Both the position numbers and the translations under genes were made by a program. The notes under the pieces are model-generated. The model searched no databases. It saw only the letters and a program-made list of their open reading frames with translations, and was not told the origin of the DNA. Positions 17,461 through 26,101 of a stretch of 64,000 nt of DNA are shown in pieces. The stretch's first letter is position 1, and every line of letters starts with the position of its first letter. The DNA comes from Gemmatimonadota bacterium (GTDB lineage: Bacteria > Gemmatimonadota > Gemmatimonadetes > Gemmatimonadales > Gemmatimonadaceae), in assembly GCA_040389905.1 (NCBI GenBank), contig JAZJZK010000008.1, forward strand, positions 32,001 through 96,000, read 5' to 3'.

Positions 17461-18103
17461 CCACCTCAAACGTACCTATCCCCTCGCGCTGGTCATCGTT
17501 GGCGTCGCGCTCTCGCTTGTTGTCTTCGACAGGCTCCCCGCACAGATGCCCGTGCACTGGGCCATGGATGGCCAGCCGAATGGCTGGATGCCCCGTGTGA
17601 TCGGAGCCTTCGTCGCCCCGTTGGGCATGATCGCCATCTGGGTGGTACTCCGCGTCGTTCCGGTCATCGACCCACGCCGAGAGAACTACGCAAAGTTCGA
17701 ACGCGCCTACGACATCACCATTGCCGCCGCCCTCACGTTGCTCTTCGCGATTCACGTCATCACGATTGCCTGGTCGCTTGGGCTTCCCGTGCCGATCGCG
17801 CGTGCGGCGCCCGTCCTCTCGGGGGTACTCTTTCTCGTCATCGGGAATGTCATGCCGCTCGCACGCTCGAACTTCATGTTCGGTGTGCGCACACCGTGGA
17901 CGCTCTCGAATGAACGCGTCTGGGCGCGCACGCATCGGCTCGCGGGATACACGATGACCGCGGCAGGGCTCTTCATGATCATCGGCGGCCTTCTGCTGCC
18001 GCAGGACGCCGCGATGGCCGTCATCGTCGGTTCCGTTGGCGCTGCCGTCATCGCGCCTGTCGTGTACTCGTACCTCACCTGGAAGCGGGAGATGTCCCAA
18101 TGA
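17453..18103 (+). CDS. SdpI family membrane immunity protein (DUF1648-like N-terminus)
   Basis: LPAQMPVHW...PNGW, IDPRRENY, GNVMP...NFMFGVRTPWTLSNERVWARTHR. Confidence 0.88.
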   Translation: MSSHLKRTYPLALVIVGVALSLVVFDRLPAQMPVHWAMDGQPNGWMPRVIGAFVAPLGMIAIWVVLRVVPVIDPRRENYAKFERAYDITIAAALTLLFAIHVITIAWSLGLPVPIARAAPVLSGVLFLVIGNVMPLARSNFMFGVRTPWTLSNERVWARTHRLAGYTMTAAGLFMIIGGLLLPQDAAMAVIVGSVGAAVIAPVVYSYLTWKREMSQ

Positions 18104-19686
18104 ACGCCACCAAGCTCCTGTGCTGCGCGATCGTCGCGTGCACCGCGAGTTCCTCGATCAGTTCAGCGCAGTCCTCCGAACGCGCCGTCTTCGTCGTCCG
18201 CATTGGCAACGACACGTTGGCGGTCGAGAATGCCATGTTCTCCTCGACGCGCATTGACGCCGTGCTGCTCCTGAAATCACCGATGGGTCGCATCACGCAA
18301 AAGCTCGAGCTCACGCCAACCGGTTCGGTAGCACGATCGGCGATCGCGTTCGGCCGTGGCGTGCAGGGGGACAGCGCCATGCAGAGCACCGCGCTGAGTG
18401 TCACGGGCGACTCCGCAGCGGTTCACGTCGAAATGGGGCCCATGAAGGCGGACAACCGCATTGGCATTCCGAAACGCACGGTACCATTCACGAATCTTTC
18501 CGGAACGTCGCTCGAGCTCATCCTCCGCATGTCGCGTGCAATCGGCGGCGACACCGCTCAGGTTCCCATCATCGTCGGCCCTGGCCAGCTGCTGACCGCC
18601 ACCGTCATTGCCGTCGGGTCCGACTCGGCGGTCGTCGTCATAGGTGGTGTGCCGCTGCGCACGCGTACGGACAAGGCAGGGCACTTCCTTGGCGCTACAG
18701 TGCCCTCGCAGCGCCTCAACATCGACCGTCGCGATGGTGATTCACCCGCTGGCGCATGGACGCCAGCGCCCACGAGCTACGCAGCGCCAGCAGGCGCGCC
18801 GTACACAGCGCGCGACATCACGCTCCGCGCGCCAGCAGGCAACGTGCTCGCTGGTACGCTTACGCAACCGACGAACGCGGGCGCCACGAGTGTTCCTGCC
18901 GTCGTGCTGATCACCGGATCCGGTGCCCAGGATCGAGACGAAGCGCTCATCACCATCGGTGAGATCCGTGCGTTTCGCGAGATCGCTGACACCCTCTCGC
19001 GCAGGGGTATCGCCGTCCTTCGGCTCGACGATCGCGGCGTCGGCGGATCGGACGGCGGGGCCGCTGGCGCCACATCGGCAGACTTCGCCGACGACATCCG
19101 GGCTGGCGTCGAGTGGCTGCGCACGCAAAAGGGAATCGACCCGGTTCGCATCGGGCTGGTCGGGCACAGCGAAGGCGGAATGATCGCGCCGATGATCGCA
19201 GCATCGGACCCGCGCATTCGTGCGATCGCGCTCATCGCCGGTCCCGCAAAGAGCGGTCGCGAGATCTCCGCGTTCCAGCGACGCCAGGCGATCGATCAGC
19301 TCCCGCGTCTCACGGCGCGACAGAAGGATTCACTGTTCGCCGAGAGCACGCGACAGACGGATTCGGCGTTCGCGCTGCCGGGCTGGTGGCATTTCTTCTC
19401 CACCTACGACCCGCTCGCCACGGCGAAGAAGGTACGTACGCCCACGCTCATCCTGCAGGGAGAAACGGACCGTCAGGTGACACCGGAGCAGGCGGGAGTG
19501 CTCGCTGACGCGATGAGAAAAGCAGGCAACACGCGAGTGACCGTACGCCTGTTTCCTCGCTTGAATCACATCATGCTCGATGATCCGTCTGGCGATCCCA
19601 GCGGCTATGCTGCCCTCCGTCCGCAGCGTGTCCGCAAGGATATTCTCGGCGTCCTCGCCGACTGGTTGGTGACGAATCTCAAGTGA
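18100..19686 (+). CDS. Secreted alpha/beta-fold hydrolase
   Basis: Signal peptide, ITGSGAQDRD, DDRGVGGS, nucleophile GHSEG, QGETDRQV, LNH. ATGA overlap with the SdpI-like gene. Confidence 0.87.
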   Translation: MNATKLLCCAIVACTASSSISSAQSSERAVFVVRIGNDTLAVENAMFSSTRIDAVLLLKSPMGRITQKLELTPTGSVARSAIAFGRGVQGDSAMQSTALSVTGDSAAVHVEMGPMKADNRIGIPKRTVPFTNLSGTSLELILRMSRAIGGDTAQVPIIVGPGQLLTATVIAVGSDSAVVVIGGVPLRTRTDKAGHFLGATVPSQRLNIDRRDGDSPAGAWTPAPTSYAAPAGAPYTARDITLRAPAGNVLAGTLTQPTNAGATSVPAVVLITGSGAQDRDEALITIGEIRAFREIADTLSRRGIAVLRLDDRGVGGSDGGAAGATSADFADDIRAGVEWLRTQKGIDPVRIGLVGHSEGGMIAPMIAASDPRIRAIALIAGPAKSGREISAFQRRQAIDQLPRLTARQKDSLFAESTRQTDSAFALPGWWHFFSTYDPLATAKKVRTPTLILQGETDRQVTPEQAGVLADAMRKAGNTRVTVRLFPRLNHIMLDDPSGDPSGYAALRPQRVRKDILGVLADWLVTNLK

Positions 19687-19857
19687 GAATTCGCACGCCC
19701 AGAGGAGAAAACACGCGATTTCCCAGTGGAAATATCGATTCTCATAGGGAAAATCGTCATCCTCCCTATTGCGCGACCCTCAAGTCATTGTATCTTCCGC
19801 CGCGCAGTAGAGTGTTTCGCTCACAGCGAGAACCAGTTCTTTTTCCGGGAGACGAGC

Positions 19858-20256
19858 ATGGCCGCGAAGAAAGGTGGAGCGAAGAAAGCAGCAAAGAAGG
19901 GCGCTGCGAAGAAAGCACCAGCAAAGAAGGCTGCGGCGAAGAAGGGCGGCGCCAAGAAGGCGGCGAAGCCCGCGAAGAAGGCTGCCAAGAAGTCTGGCGC
20001 CAAGCGTACGCCGAATGCCGCATTCATGAAGGCGATGACTCCCAGCGCGGCGCTGTCGACCGTCGTTGGCAGCACGCCGCTTCCGCGCACGGAAGTCACG
20101 AAGAAGCTGTGGGCCTATATCAAGAAGAAGGGCCTCCAGGATGCCAAGAACCGCCGCAACATCAACGCCGACGACAACCTCAAGCCCGTCTTCGGTGGCA
20201 AGAGCCAGGTGTCAATGTTCGAAATGACGAAGCTCGTCAACAAGCACCTCAAGTAA
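19858..20256 (+). CDS. SWIB/MDM2 domain protein with histone H1-like Lys/Ala-rich N-terminus
   Basis: About 48-aa AAKK-repeat tail, then LPRTEVTKKLWAYIKKKGLQD...VSMFEMTKLVNKHL. Confidence 0.92.
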   Translation: MAAKKGGAKKAAKKGAAKKAPAKKAAAKKGGAKKAAKPAKKAAKKSGAKRTPNAAFMKAMTPSAALSTVVGSTPLPRTEVTKKLWAYIKKKGLQDAKNRRNINADDNLKPVFGGKSQVSMFEMTKLVNKHLK

Positions 20257-20283
20257 GTCGAGCCTCGCTGTTTCACGTCGTAT

Positions 20284-20326
20284 CGAGGGGGCGTGCCGAT
20301 TCGTCGGCACGCCCCCTCGCGCTTTT
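20284..20326 (+). terminator. Intrinsic terminator after the SWIB gene
   Basis: Perfect 16-bp stem CGAGGGGGCGTGCCGA / TCGGCACGCCCCCTCG, TTCG loop, then CGCTTTT. Confidence 0.85.
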
Positions 20327-20403
20327 GTCCGTATGAACCCTTGCCCAGCGCCGATACGTAGGGAGATTTCATTGTCTCCCCTTCTTACTCCCCTCAGTCG
20401 TCC

Positions 20404-21183
20404 ATGGCATCAAACCCCGTCGCCAACGCTCGCCGCGGAAAGGCAGCGAAGGCTCCGTTGATCACTACCGTCTGGGAAAACATCAAGTCGCTCGCAGGAG
20501 CGATCCTGATCTATCTCGTCATCAACACCCTGCTCATCGCCGCCTATCGCATTCCCTCCGGCTCGATGGTGCCCACATTGCTCATCGGCGATTGGCTGTT
20601 CGTGAACAAGGCGGTGTATGGACCGCACATTCCCTTCACCAACTCGCATCTGCCCTCCTTCAGTGAGCCGAAGCGCGGTGAGGTCATTGTCTTCGTATCG
20701 CCGTACCAGGCGGACAATGCGCCGGATTTCACGCCGACGCTCGTGAAGCGCATGGTTGGCATGCCCGGTGACACGCTCTACATGCGCAACGGGCTCTTGT
20801 ATCTGAATGGGCTCCCCCAGCGTCAGGGATATGGGATCGTGAGCATCCCGAGGCCGGGTGGCTCGCAGCCCACGGACATCGCACCGAATTTCGAGTGGCA
20901 GCACAAGATCGAAGTCAAGCAGTCGCGGTTCGGCCCCGCGCCTGCACAGCCGCAGCTCGACAACTGGGGCCCGCTGCTCATTCCCGCCGGCCACTATTTC
21001 ATGATGGGCGACGCGCGCTATGAGTCCAAGGACAGCCGCTACTGGGGCGTCGTTCCTCGCGAGAACATTCGTGGCCGCCCGAGTTTCGTCTACTACTCGT
21101 ACCGCAGTGGCGACGAAACGGATCGCCCCCTCTCGTTCATCACGGACATCAGGTGGGGACGCATCGGGACGAGGATTCACTGA
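20404..21183 (+). CDS. lepB: Signal peptidase I
   Basis: IPSGSMVPTL (Ser), VKRMVGMPGD (Lys), MMGD...SKDSRYWG. Confidence 0.95.
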   Translation: MASNPVANARRGKAAKAPLITTVWENIKSLAGAILIYLVINTLLIAAYRIPSGSMVPTLLIGDWLFVNKAVYGPHIPFTNSHLPSFSEPKRGEVIVFVSPYQADNAPDFTPTLVKRMVGMPGDTLYMRNGLLYLNGLPQRQGYGIVSIPRPGGSQPTDIAPNFEWQHKIEVKQSRFGPAPAQPQLDNWGPLLIPAGHYFMMGDARYESKDSRYWGVVPRENIRGRPSFVYYSYRSGDETDRPLSFITDIRWGRIGTRIH

Positions 21184-21203
21184 GCCGCTGACGTGATCTC
21201 TCC

Positions 21204-23705
21204 ATGAGGACGGCGTCGCTCGCTCCTGCCACGCTCATTTCACGGTTGATCGCGTGCTCGCAGCTCGCGTGCGTCGTCCTGTTTGGCGTGTTGCTGCTGG
21301 GTCCGTGGCAAGCCACAGCCCCACCACTTGGCGCCGCATTCGTCCTGGCCTGCGTCGCGTTCGCGATCGCCTCGGGCGTCATCGTGTGGTCGTCGCGCGG
21401 CATCGTGCGCGTCGTGTTTGGATCGTTCGCGTTGCTGGCCACATTGCTCGGTGTCGGCGAATTGTGGTTACTCCTTTCGCCGGCGTCCACGGTGTTGCTG
21501 GGCCTTCAGGAGGCGAGCAGTCTCGAGCTTGCCGTTGCCATGGCTGCGCTCAATGGCCTGCTGGCGTTGTATGGCAGCTTTGCCCTGTCGCAGGAACGTG
21601 TTGCCGCCGAGAATCTTCAAGTCCGGATCAGTGCCGAGCAGGTGCTCAAGGAAACGCTCGAGCAGCGCGTGGCGCAACGAACCCTCGAACTGGATGACGC
21701 ACAGCGCGTCCTGCACCGGATGTGGTGGCTCGGCCAGCAGATCACGTTGGAGCTCGATCCGCGGCGCGTGCTCGACCGCTTTCTCGAAGCGGCTGCCGAC
21801 GTCGCGCAAGCCGATGGCGCGGCACTTGGCCTCATTGCCGATGATGGTATGCTGGAACTCGTGGCGTCGAGCGGCTCGCTTCAGACCGCCGCGACCGTAA
21901 AGATCCCGCTCGCCGGTTCGGCCATGGGGCGCGTCATTCGCTCTGGCGGCACATGGAGTGTTGCCGACGTCCTCGAGCATCCCACACAGGTGAATCGCAG
22001 CTGGCTCGACACGCTGGCCGCGCCGGTGCGCGGAATGGCGGTTGTTCCCGTACACCGCCGCGGTGAGCGCATCGGTGCGGTTGGCATCGTGTCCAAAGTC
22101 GTGCATACCTTCTCGCCGCTCGAGCTCGAGCGCGTCGAGGCCATGGCGGACCTCCTCTCCGTCGCACTGGCGAACGCGGAACTGTTCCAGACGATGAAGC
22201 AGGCGGAGTGGCGATTCCGCACGCTGTTCCGCGCGGCACCTGATGCCGTGCTCACCGTGCTGCACGGCACCGGTCGCATCAGGGAAGCGAACGACGCCGT
22301 GCGCGATGTTTTTGGTATCGAACCGCATCAGGTCATTGGGCGCAGCCTCGTGGACTTGCTGCTGCCTGTGGACCGAGCAGCCCTCGAGGGGGCACTCGCT
22401 GCGGCGTTCGATGGCAGTCCGGCGCGCGTCGAGGTCCAGGTGACGCTCAACGGCGGCGCAACGCGCGTGGTCGCCTTGGCGGCGAGCCGCTTGCCCGAGG
22501 CCGACCCACCGAGCGTGCTGCTCATCGGCCGCGACATGACGCAGGAGCGAGAGCTCCGGGTTCGCTTGATGGAGTCGGATCGTCTGGCGGCCGTCGGCGA
22601 ACTCGTTGCCGGAGTCGCGCACGAAGTCAACAATCCGCTCAGCAGCATCAGCGCATTTGCGCAGCTCCTGTTGCGAGAGACGACACTCAATCCATCGCAA
22701 CGCGAGTCCATCGAGGTCATTCGCGCCGAAACGATGCGCGCGAGCCAGGTGGTGAAGGACCTTCTTGCCTTCGCGAGGCGCAGCGATCAACAGCGCGCGC
22801 CACTCGACCTGAATGGCGTTGTCGCCCGCACGGTGCGGATGCGGCAGTACCAGTTCACCGAGGCGAACGTTCGCGTCGAAACGGAGCTCGCCGAGGAGTT
22901 GCCATCCGTCATGGGCGACGCGCGCCAGTTGCAGCAGGTCTGCCTGAACCTGCTCACCAATGCCGTTCAAGCGATGGTTCCCCTCGGCGGCGGCGCGCTG
23001 CGGGTGCGCACATACACGGCGGATGGAGCGGTGCGGCTCGAGGTCAAGGACAGTGGTCCCGGAATCGCCCCGAGCGTGAAAGCGCACATCTTCGAGCCCT
23101 TCTTCACCACCAAGAAGGAGGGTGAAGGAACGGGCCTCGGCCTCAGCGTGAGCTATGGCATCATTACGGCGCATGGCGGCAGCATCGAGGTCGTCGACAC
23201 GGGCGCCGAGGGCACGACATTCCGCGTCACGCTGCCTGCGGTCGCGGCAGAGCCGCGGGATGCCGAAGGTCCCGGAGACGCGGTGACGTTCACGCTTCGC
23301 TCGCCGCTGGCCGGCATCCGGTTGTTGTTCGTCGATGACGAACCGGCCCTCAGGAATGGGATGGAGGCGTTCGGTGCGATGCGTGGCTTCAGCGTGGTTG
23401 TCGCAGCGAACGGCGCGGCCGCGCTCGAGGCAGCACGAACCGGCGGCGTGGACGCGATCGTGTGCGACCTGCGCATGCCGGGGATGGACGGTTACGCCTT
23501 TCACGAGCGCCTTCGCGTCGAGCGACCAGGACTCGCCGCCCGCACGGTCTTCATCACCGGTGACGTGGTGACGTCGGCATCGCGCGGATCGGTTTCGCGG
23601 CAGCCGGTGTTGACCAAGCCGTTTTCATTCGACCGCATCGAAGAAGCGTTGATCGCGGTCATGCGCGGAACCCCGTACACGCCGGGCGACCGCGCCCTGC
23701 GCTGA
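21204..23705 (+). CDS. Membrane hybrid sensor histidine kinase (TM-GAF-PAS-HisKA-HATPase-REC)
   Basis: AHEVNNPL, NLLTNA, DSGPGI, FFTTK, GTGLGL, and C-terminal VDDE...CDLRMP...KP. Confidence 0.92.
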   Translation: MRTASLAPATLISRLIACSQLACVVLFGVLLLGPWQATAPPLGAAFVLACVAFAIASGVIVWSSRGIVRVVFGSFALLATLLGVGELWLLLSPASTVLLGLQEASSLELAVAMAALNGLLALYGSFALSQERVAAENLQVRISAEQVLKETLEQRVAQRTLELDDAQRVLHRMWWLGQQITLELDPRRVLDRFLEAAADVAQADGAALGLIADDGMLELVASSGSLQTAATVKIPLAGSAMGRVIRSGGTWSVADVLEHPTQVNRSWLDTLAAPVRGMAVVPVHRRGERIGAVGIVSKVVHTFSPLELERVEAMADLLSVALANAELFQTMKQAEWRFRTLFRAAPDAVLTVLHGTGRIREANDAVRDVFGIEPHQVIGRSLVDLLLPVDRAALEGALAAAFDGSPARVEVQVTLNGGATRVVALAASRLPEADPPSVLLIGRDMTQERELRVRLMESDRLAAVGELVAGVAHEVNNPLSSISAFAQLLLRETTLNPSQRESIEVIRAETMRASQVVKDLLAFARRSDQQRAPLDLNGVVARTVRMRQYQFTEANVRVETELAEELPSVMGDARQLQQVCLNLLTNAVQAMVPLGGGALRVRTYTADGAVRLEVKDSGPGIAPSVKAHIFEPFFTTKKEGEGTGLGLSVSYGIITAHGGSIEVVDTGAEGTTFRVTLPAVAAEPRDAEGPGDAVTFTLRSPLAGIRLLFVDDEPALRNGMEAFGAMRGFSVVVAANGAAALEAARTGGVDAIVCDLRMPGMDGYAFHERLRVERPGLAARTVFITGDVVTSASRGSVSRQPVLTKPFSFDRIEEALIAVMRGTPYTPGDRALR

Positions 23706-23802
23706 CCGGATACGCAACGATCGGATCCGCCGTGCTGTCCAAGAGTCGTGGCACAAGCACGTCGCCTTGCCGCGGTCACCTTCCCGTGCGACCTTGAGCG
23801 CG

Positions 23803-24336
23803 ATGCCTTCCTTCTTTCCGCGAAGCACCATCGAATGGCATGTCGAGGAGCCTCCCGCCTTCCGGCGGCTCTCGCTTTCGCTGGTGGAGATGGCGCTCCT
23901 CACGGGCATCGTATTGCGCCTCATCCGCGCGTTTGCATTCACCTACGGCCACGCGAGCTGGCTCTACTACGGCCTCGTATTCGTCGTGGGAACGCTGATC
24001 GTGCTGGGGATGACCACAGCGCACCTCGCGAACTTTCCGGTGCGTGCATGGGGCTGGAGAGCGCCCGTGTTCGCCCTTGTGGAAGTGGCTGGCGAGATGG
24101 GCACGAGTCTGCTGCTCATCGCGCTGCGCCGCGAGCCGGAAGGCACGGCGCGCGCGGATTTTCACGATTGGCCGAGCATGTCGGTGCGCGCGCTGCTGCA
24201 AAGCGAGCTGTCCATCTGCCTCTGGGCGCTCCTGCTCGCCGCGGTCATCGTCTTCGTGCGGCGGAGCGGCATGGCGAAGGACGTGGATGCTGATCCGCTC
24301 GACCCTGCACTGCCGGCGCCGCCGCCGCCCGTCTGA
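23803..24336 (+). CDS. Hypothetical membrane protein (about 4 TM)
   Basis: Hydrophobic ORF with a Pro-rich tail; family not recognised. Confidence 0.7.
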   Translation: MPSFFPRSTIEWHVEEPPAFRRLSLSLVEMALLTGIVLRLIRAFAFTYGHASWLYYGLVFVVGTLIVLGMTTAHLANFPVRAWGWRAPVFALVEVAGEMGTSLLLIALRREPEGTARADFHDWPSMSVRALLQSELSICLWALLLAAVIVFVRRSGMAKDVDADPLDPALPAPPPPV

Positions 24337-24340
24337 CTGA

Positions 24341-24537
24341 GCGTCCGCGGGCTGGCGTCACAGCTGCCGTGGTAGGTACAGAGGGTCGTCTTTGAGGAAC
24401 GGATTCTACCGATGCGCCTGAAACGGCCAGATCAGGCCGAGCGCACGATTCCGAGCTCGTGATCCGGTTGCTCCCGTTGCATTCGTCGAATCCGTTCCTT
24501 AGTCGCTCGGCGGCTGAGTGTGAGGTGGCCGCGACGC
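24341..24537 (+). ncRNA. Candidate structured RNA or degenerate long palindrome (rod-like hairpin)
   Basis: Nested stems in one register: 24395-24406/24488-24499 (12 bp perfect), 24411-24416/24478-24483, 24425-24434/24460-24469. Outer stems 24361-24369/24508-24516 and 24341-24350/24529-24537. G-U pairs favour the + strand. Confidence 0.4.
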
Positions 24538-24554
24538 AACCGCCTTCCCTGCAA

Positions 24555-24596
24555 ACGAAAAAGGTCCCGGGCGTTTTCGCCCGGGACCTTTTTCGT
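24555..24596. terminator. Bidirectional intrinsic terminator
   Basis: ACGAAAAAGGTCCCGGGCG-TTTT-CGCCCGGGACCTTTTTCGT, with A and T tracts on both sides. Confidence 0.92.
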
Positions 24597-24610
24597 CGAG
24601 TCAGACCGAC

Positions 24611-25300
24611 TCACATCTTGTTGAGTCGCTTCCGGCGGATGCGGACCGCAGCAAGTCCGACGAGGCCTGTTCCGACCAGCAGCAGCGACGCGGGTTCCGG
24701 CGTGGGTGTTTCGCTGTTCGGGTTGGTGGGCAAGCTCGGATCCCACACGATGAATTCCTGCACCGTACCGTCATGGACATTGCCGTTCGCGTTCTTGTCC
24801 GTGATGACGTAGAACTTGCTGAGGTCGATACCGGCCTGCGCGACCTGTGCGGCCGAGATCGCTGCCGCCTGCGCCGCATCCGGCGTGAATGCGCCGCCAG
24901 GAGCGTTGCCAAACAGGTTCCACAGGGCGGACTGCGTGGCGTTCACGTTCGAACCGCTGTAGTTCGCCACGAGCTGTGCGGCCAACTTGTAGTCGCTGAA
25001 CGACGACGGGTTGCGAGTCTTCGAAAGATCAGGCGTACCGCCGAGATTGGTGATATAGGCGTCCCACTCCTCATCCCACGTGACGTGGTGGAAGAAGTCG
25101 ATGCAATTCACGGAGATCTGGGTCTCCGCGCTCGTATTGGGGTCGCGGAGCGCGTAAAAGACCCCAACGTACTGCCCGCCGTACTGTGCGCCGTTCACGT
25201 CGTAGAAGCTGAAGTGAACAGTCGCCTGCGCCTGAAGCTGAATCGGAGCGGCAGACAGCACCGACGCCGTCAATAAGAGAGCTGCGAGACGTGAACGCAT
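24611..25300 (-). CDS. PEP-CTERM sorting domain protein with thioester-domain-like motifs
   Basis: Signal peptide, NCIDF, TQSALW, QEFI, and C-terminal TPEPASLLLVGTGLVGLAAVRIRRKR. Confidence 0.9.
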   Translation of the reverse strand: MRSRLAALLLTASVLSAAPIQLQAQATVHFSFYDVNGAQYGGQYVGVFYALRDPNTSAETQISVNCIDFFHHVTWDEEWDAYITNLGGTPDLSKTRNPSSFSDYKLAAQLVANYSGSNVNATQSALWNLFGNAPGGAFTPDAAQAAAISAAQVAQAGIDLSKFYVITDKNANGNVHDGTVQEFIVWDPSLPTNPNSETPTPEPASLLLVGTGLVGLAAVRIRRKRLNKM

Positions 25301-25369
25301 GAGGGGAACCGGTGACGTTTTAGTGTAGTTCGGAGCGCCTGAACAAGCGACCCTTCGGACCTGAGACAA

Positions 25370-25529
25370 AGCACGAATCATTCCCACGTGCCGCAGCCGA
25401 GCTCAGGCCGGAAAATGTAGCTATCTTGTTTATTTACAACAACTTACAAAGTGTTTAAATACTAATCACCGGCGGCGAGATCGGGAAAAAGAAGTAATTG
25501 TGCCACAATCATGTGGCGGTTACACCACA
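25370..25529 (-). promoter_or_regulatory. Putative sigma-54 promoter, IHF-like site and upstream activator sites for the PEP-CTERM gene
   Basis: GGGAATGATTCGTGCT (- strand, 25370-25385, GG-N10-GC), AT-rich box 25427-25445, TGTGGCGGTTACACCACA at 25512-25529 with a half site 22 bp away. Confidence 0.6.
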
Positions 25530-25573
25530 CGTCGACAGCCCGCCAATCGCGAAAAATCGGCCGAAAACAAGCC

Positions 25574-26047
25574 TCAGCGCCGCCCCTGCGCCGGCTTGAC
25601 CGGCTGGCCAATTGGCGCCTCCGGGCGACCCGCATACCCGATGACAGCGAACGTGAGCGCGCCAATGAGCAGCTTTGCCGTGGCCGTAATGCTGGCGAGC
25701 TTGGCGGAACGCTTGAACGCCGGGTTGAGCGTCCCGCGCGCCTGGAGCGCATCGAGCAGGAAGACAATCGCAGCCACGACCAGCAGCATCGCGACAGCCC
25801 ATGTCAGAATCCGCATGATGAAGAGCAAACGCGTATGCGACAGGTTCATCGCAGCGAAGAACGCGATGAGCAGGCCCAGCGCCGGAAGCAGGAGCGCATT
25901 GCTCAGCAGGCCGATCGCGCCGAAGCGCCAGGCGCTGCTTCCCGGATGCAACGGCACCACGGACATCAGGTTGTCCACCATCGGAATCACGAGAAACAGC
26001 ACGGCGAGAAGGTATGCGGCCGGTGCAAGTCGTTTGAAGTTGTTCAT
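25574..26047 (-). CDS. Hypothetical membrane protein (4 TM)
   Basis: Four hydrophobic segments; downstream of the kinase on the same strand. Confidence 0.75.
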   Translation of the reverse strand: MNNFKRLAPAAYLLAVLFLVIPMVDNLMSVVPLHPGSSAWRFGAIGLLSNALLLPALGLLIAFFAAMNLSHTRLLFIMRILTWAVAMLLVVAAIVFLLDALQARGTLNPAFKRSAKLASITATAKLLIGALTFAVIGYAGRPEAPIGQPVKPAQGRR

Positions 26048-26101
26048 TCGTCGAGGAGGGACGGAATGGAGGAAGGAATTGCGGAGAAGTTCGCGGGTGC
26101 T

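Noticed and set aside
21468..23504. 678-aa - strand ORF
   Set aside because: Antisense shadow of the hybrid kinase.
24432..24912. Short ORFs across the structured intergenic region
   Set aside because: They run through the terminator and overlap the PEP-CTERM gene, with no recognisable protein features.
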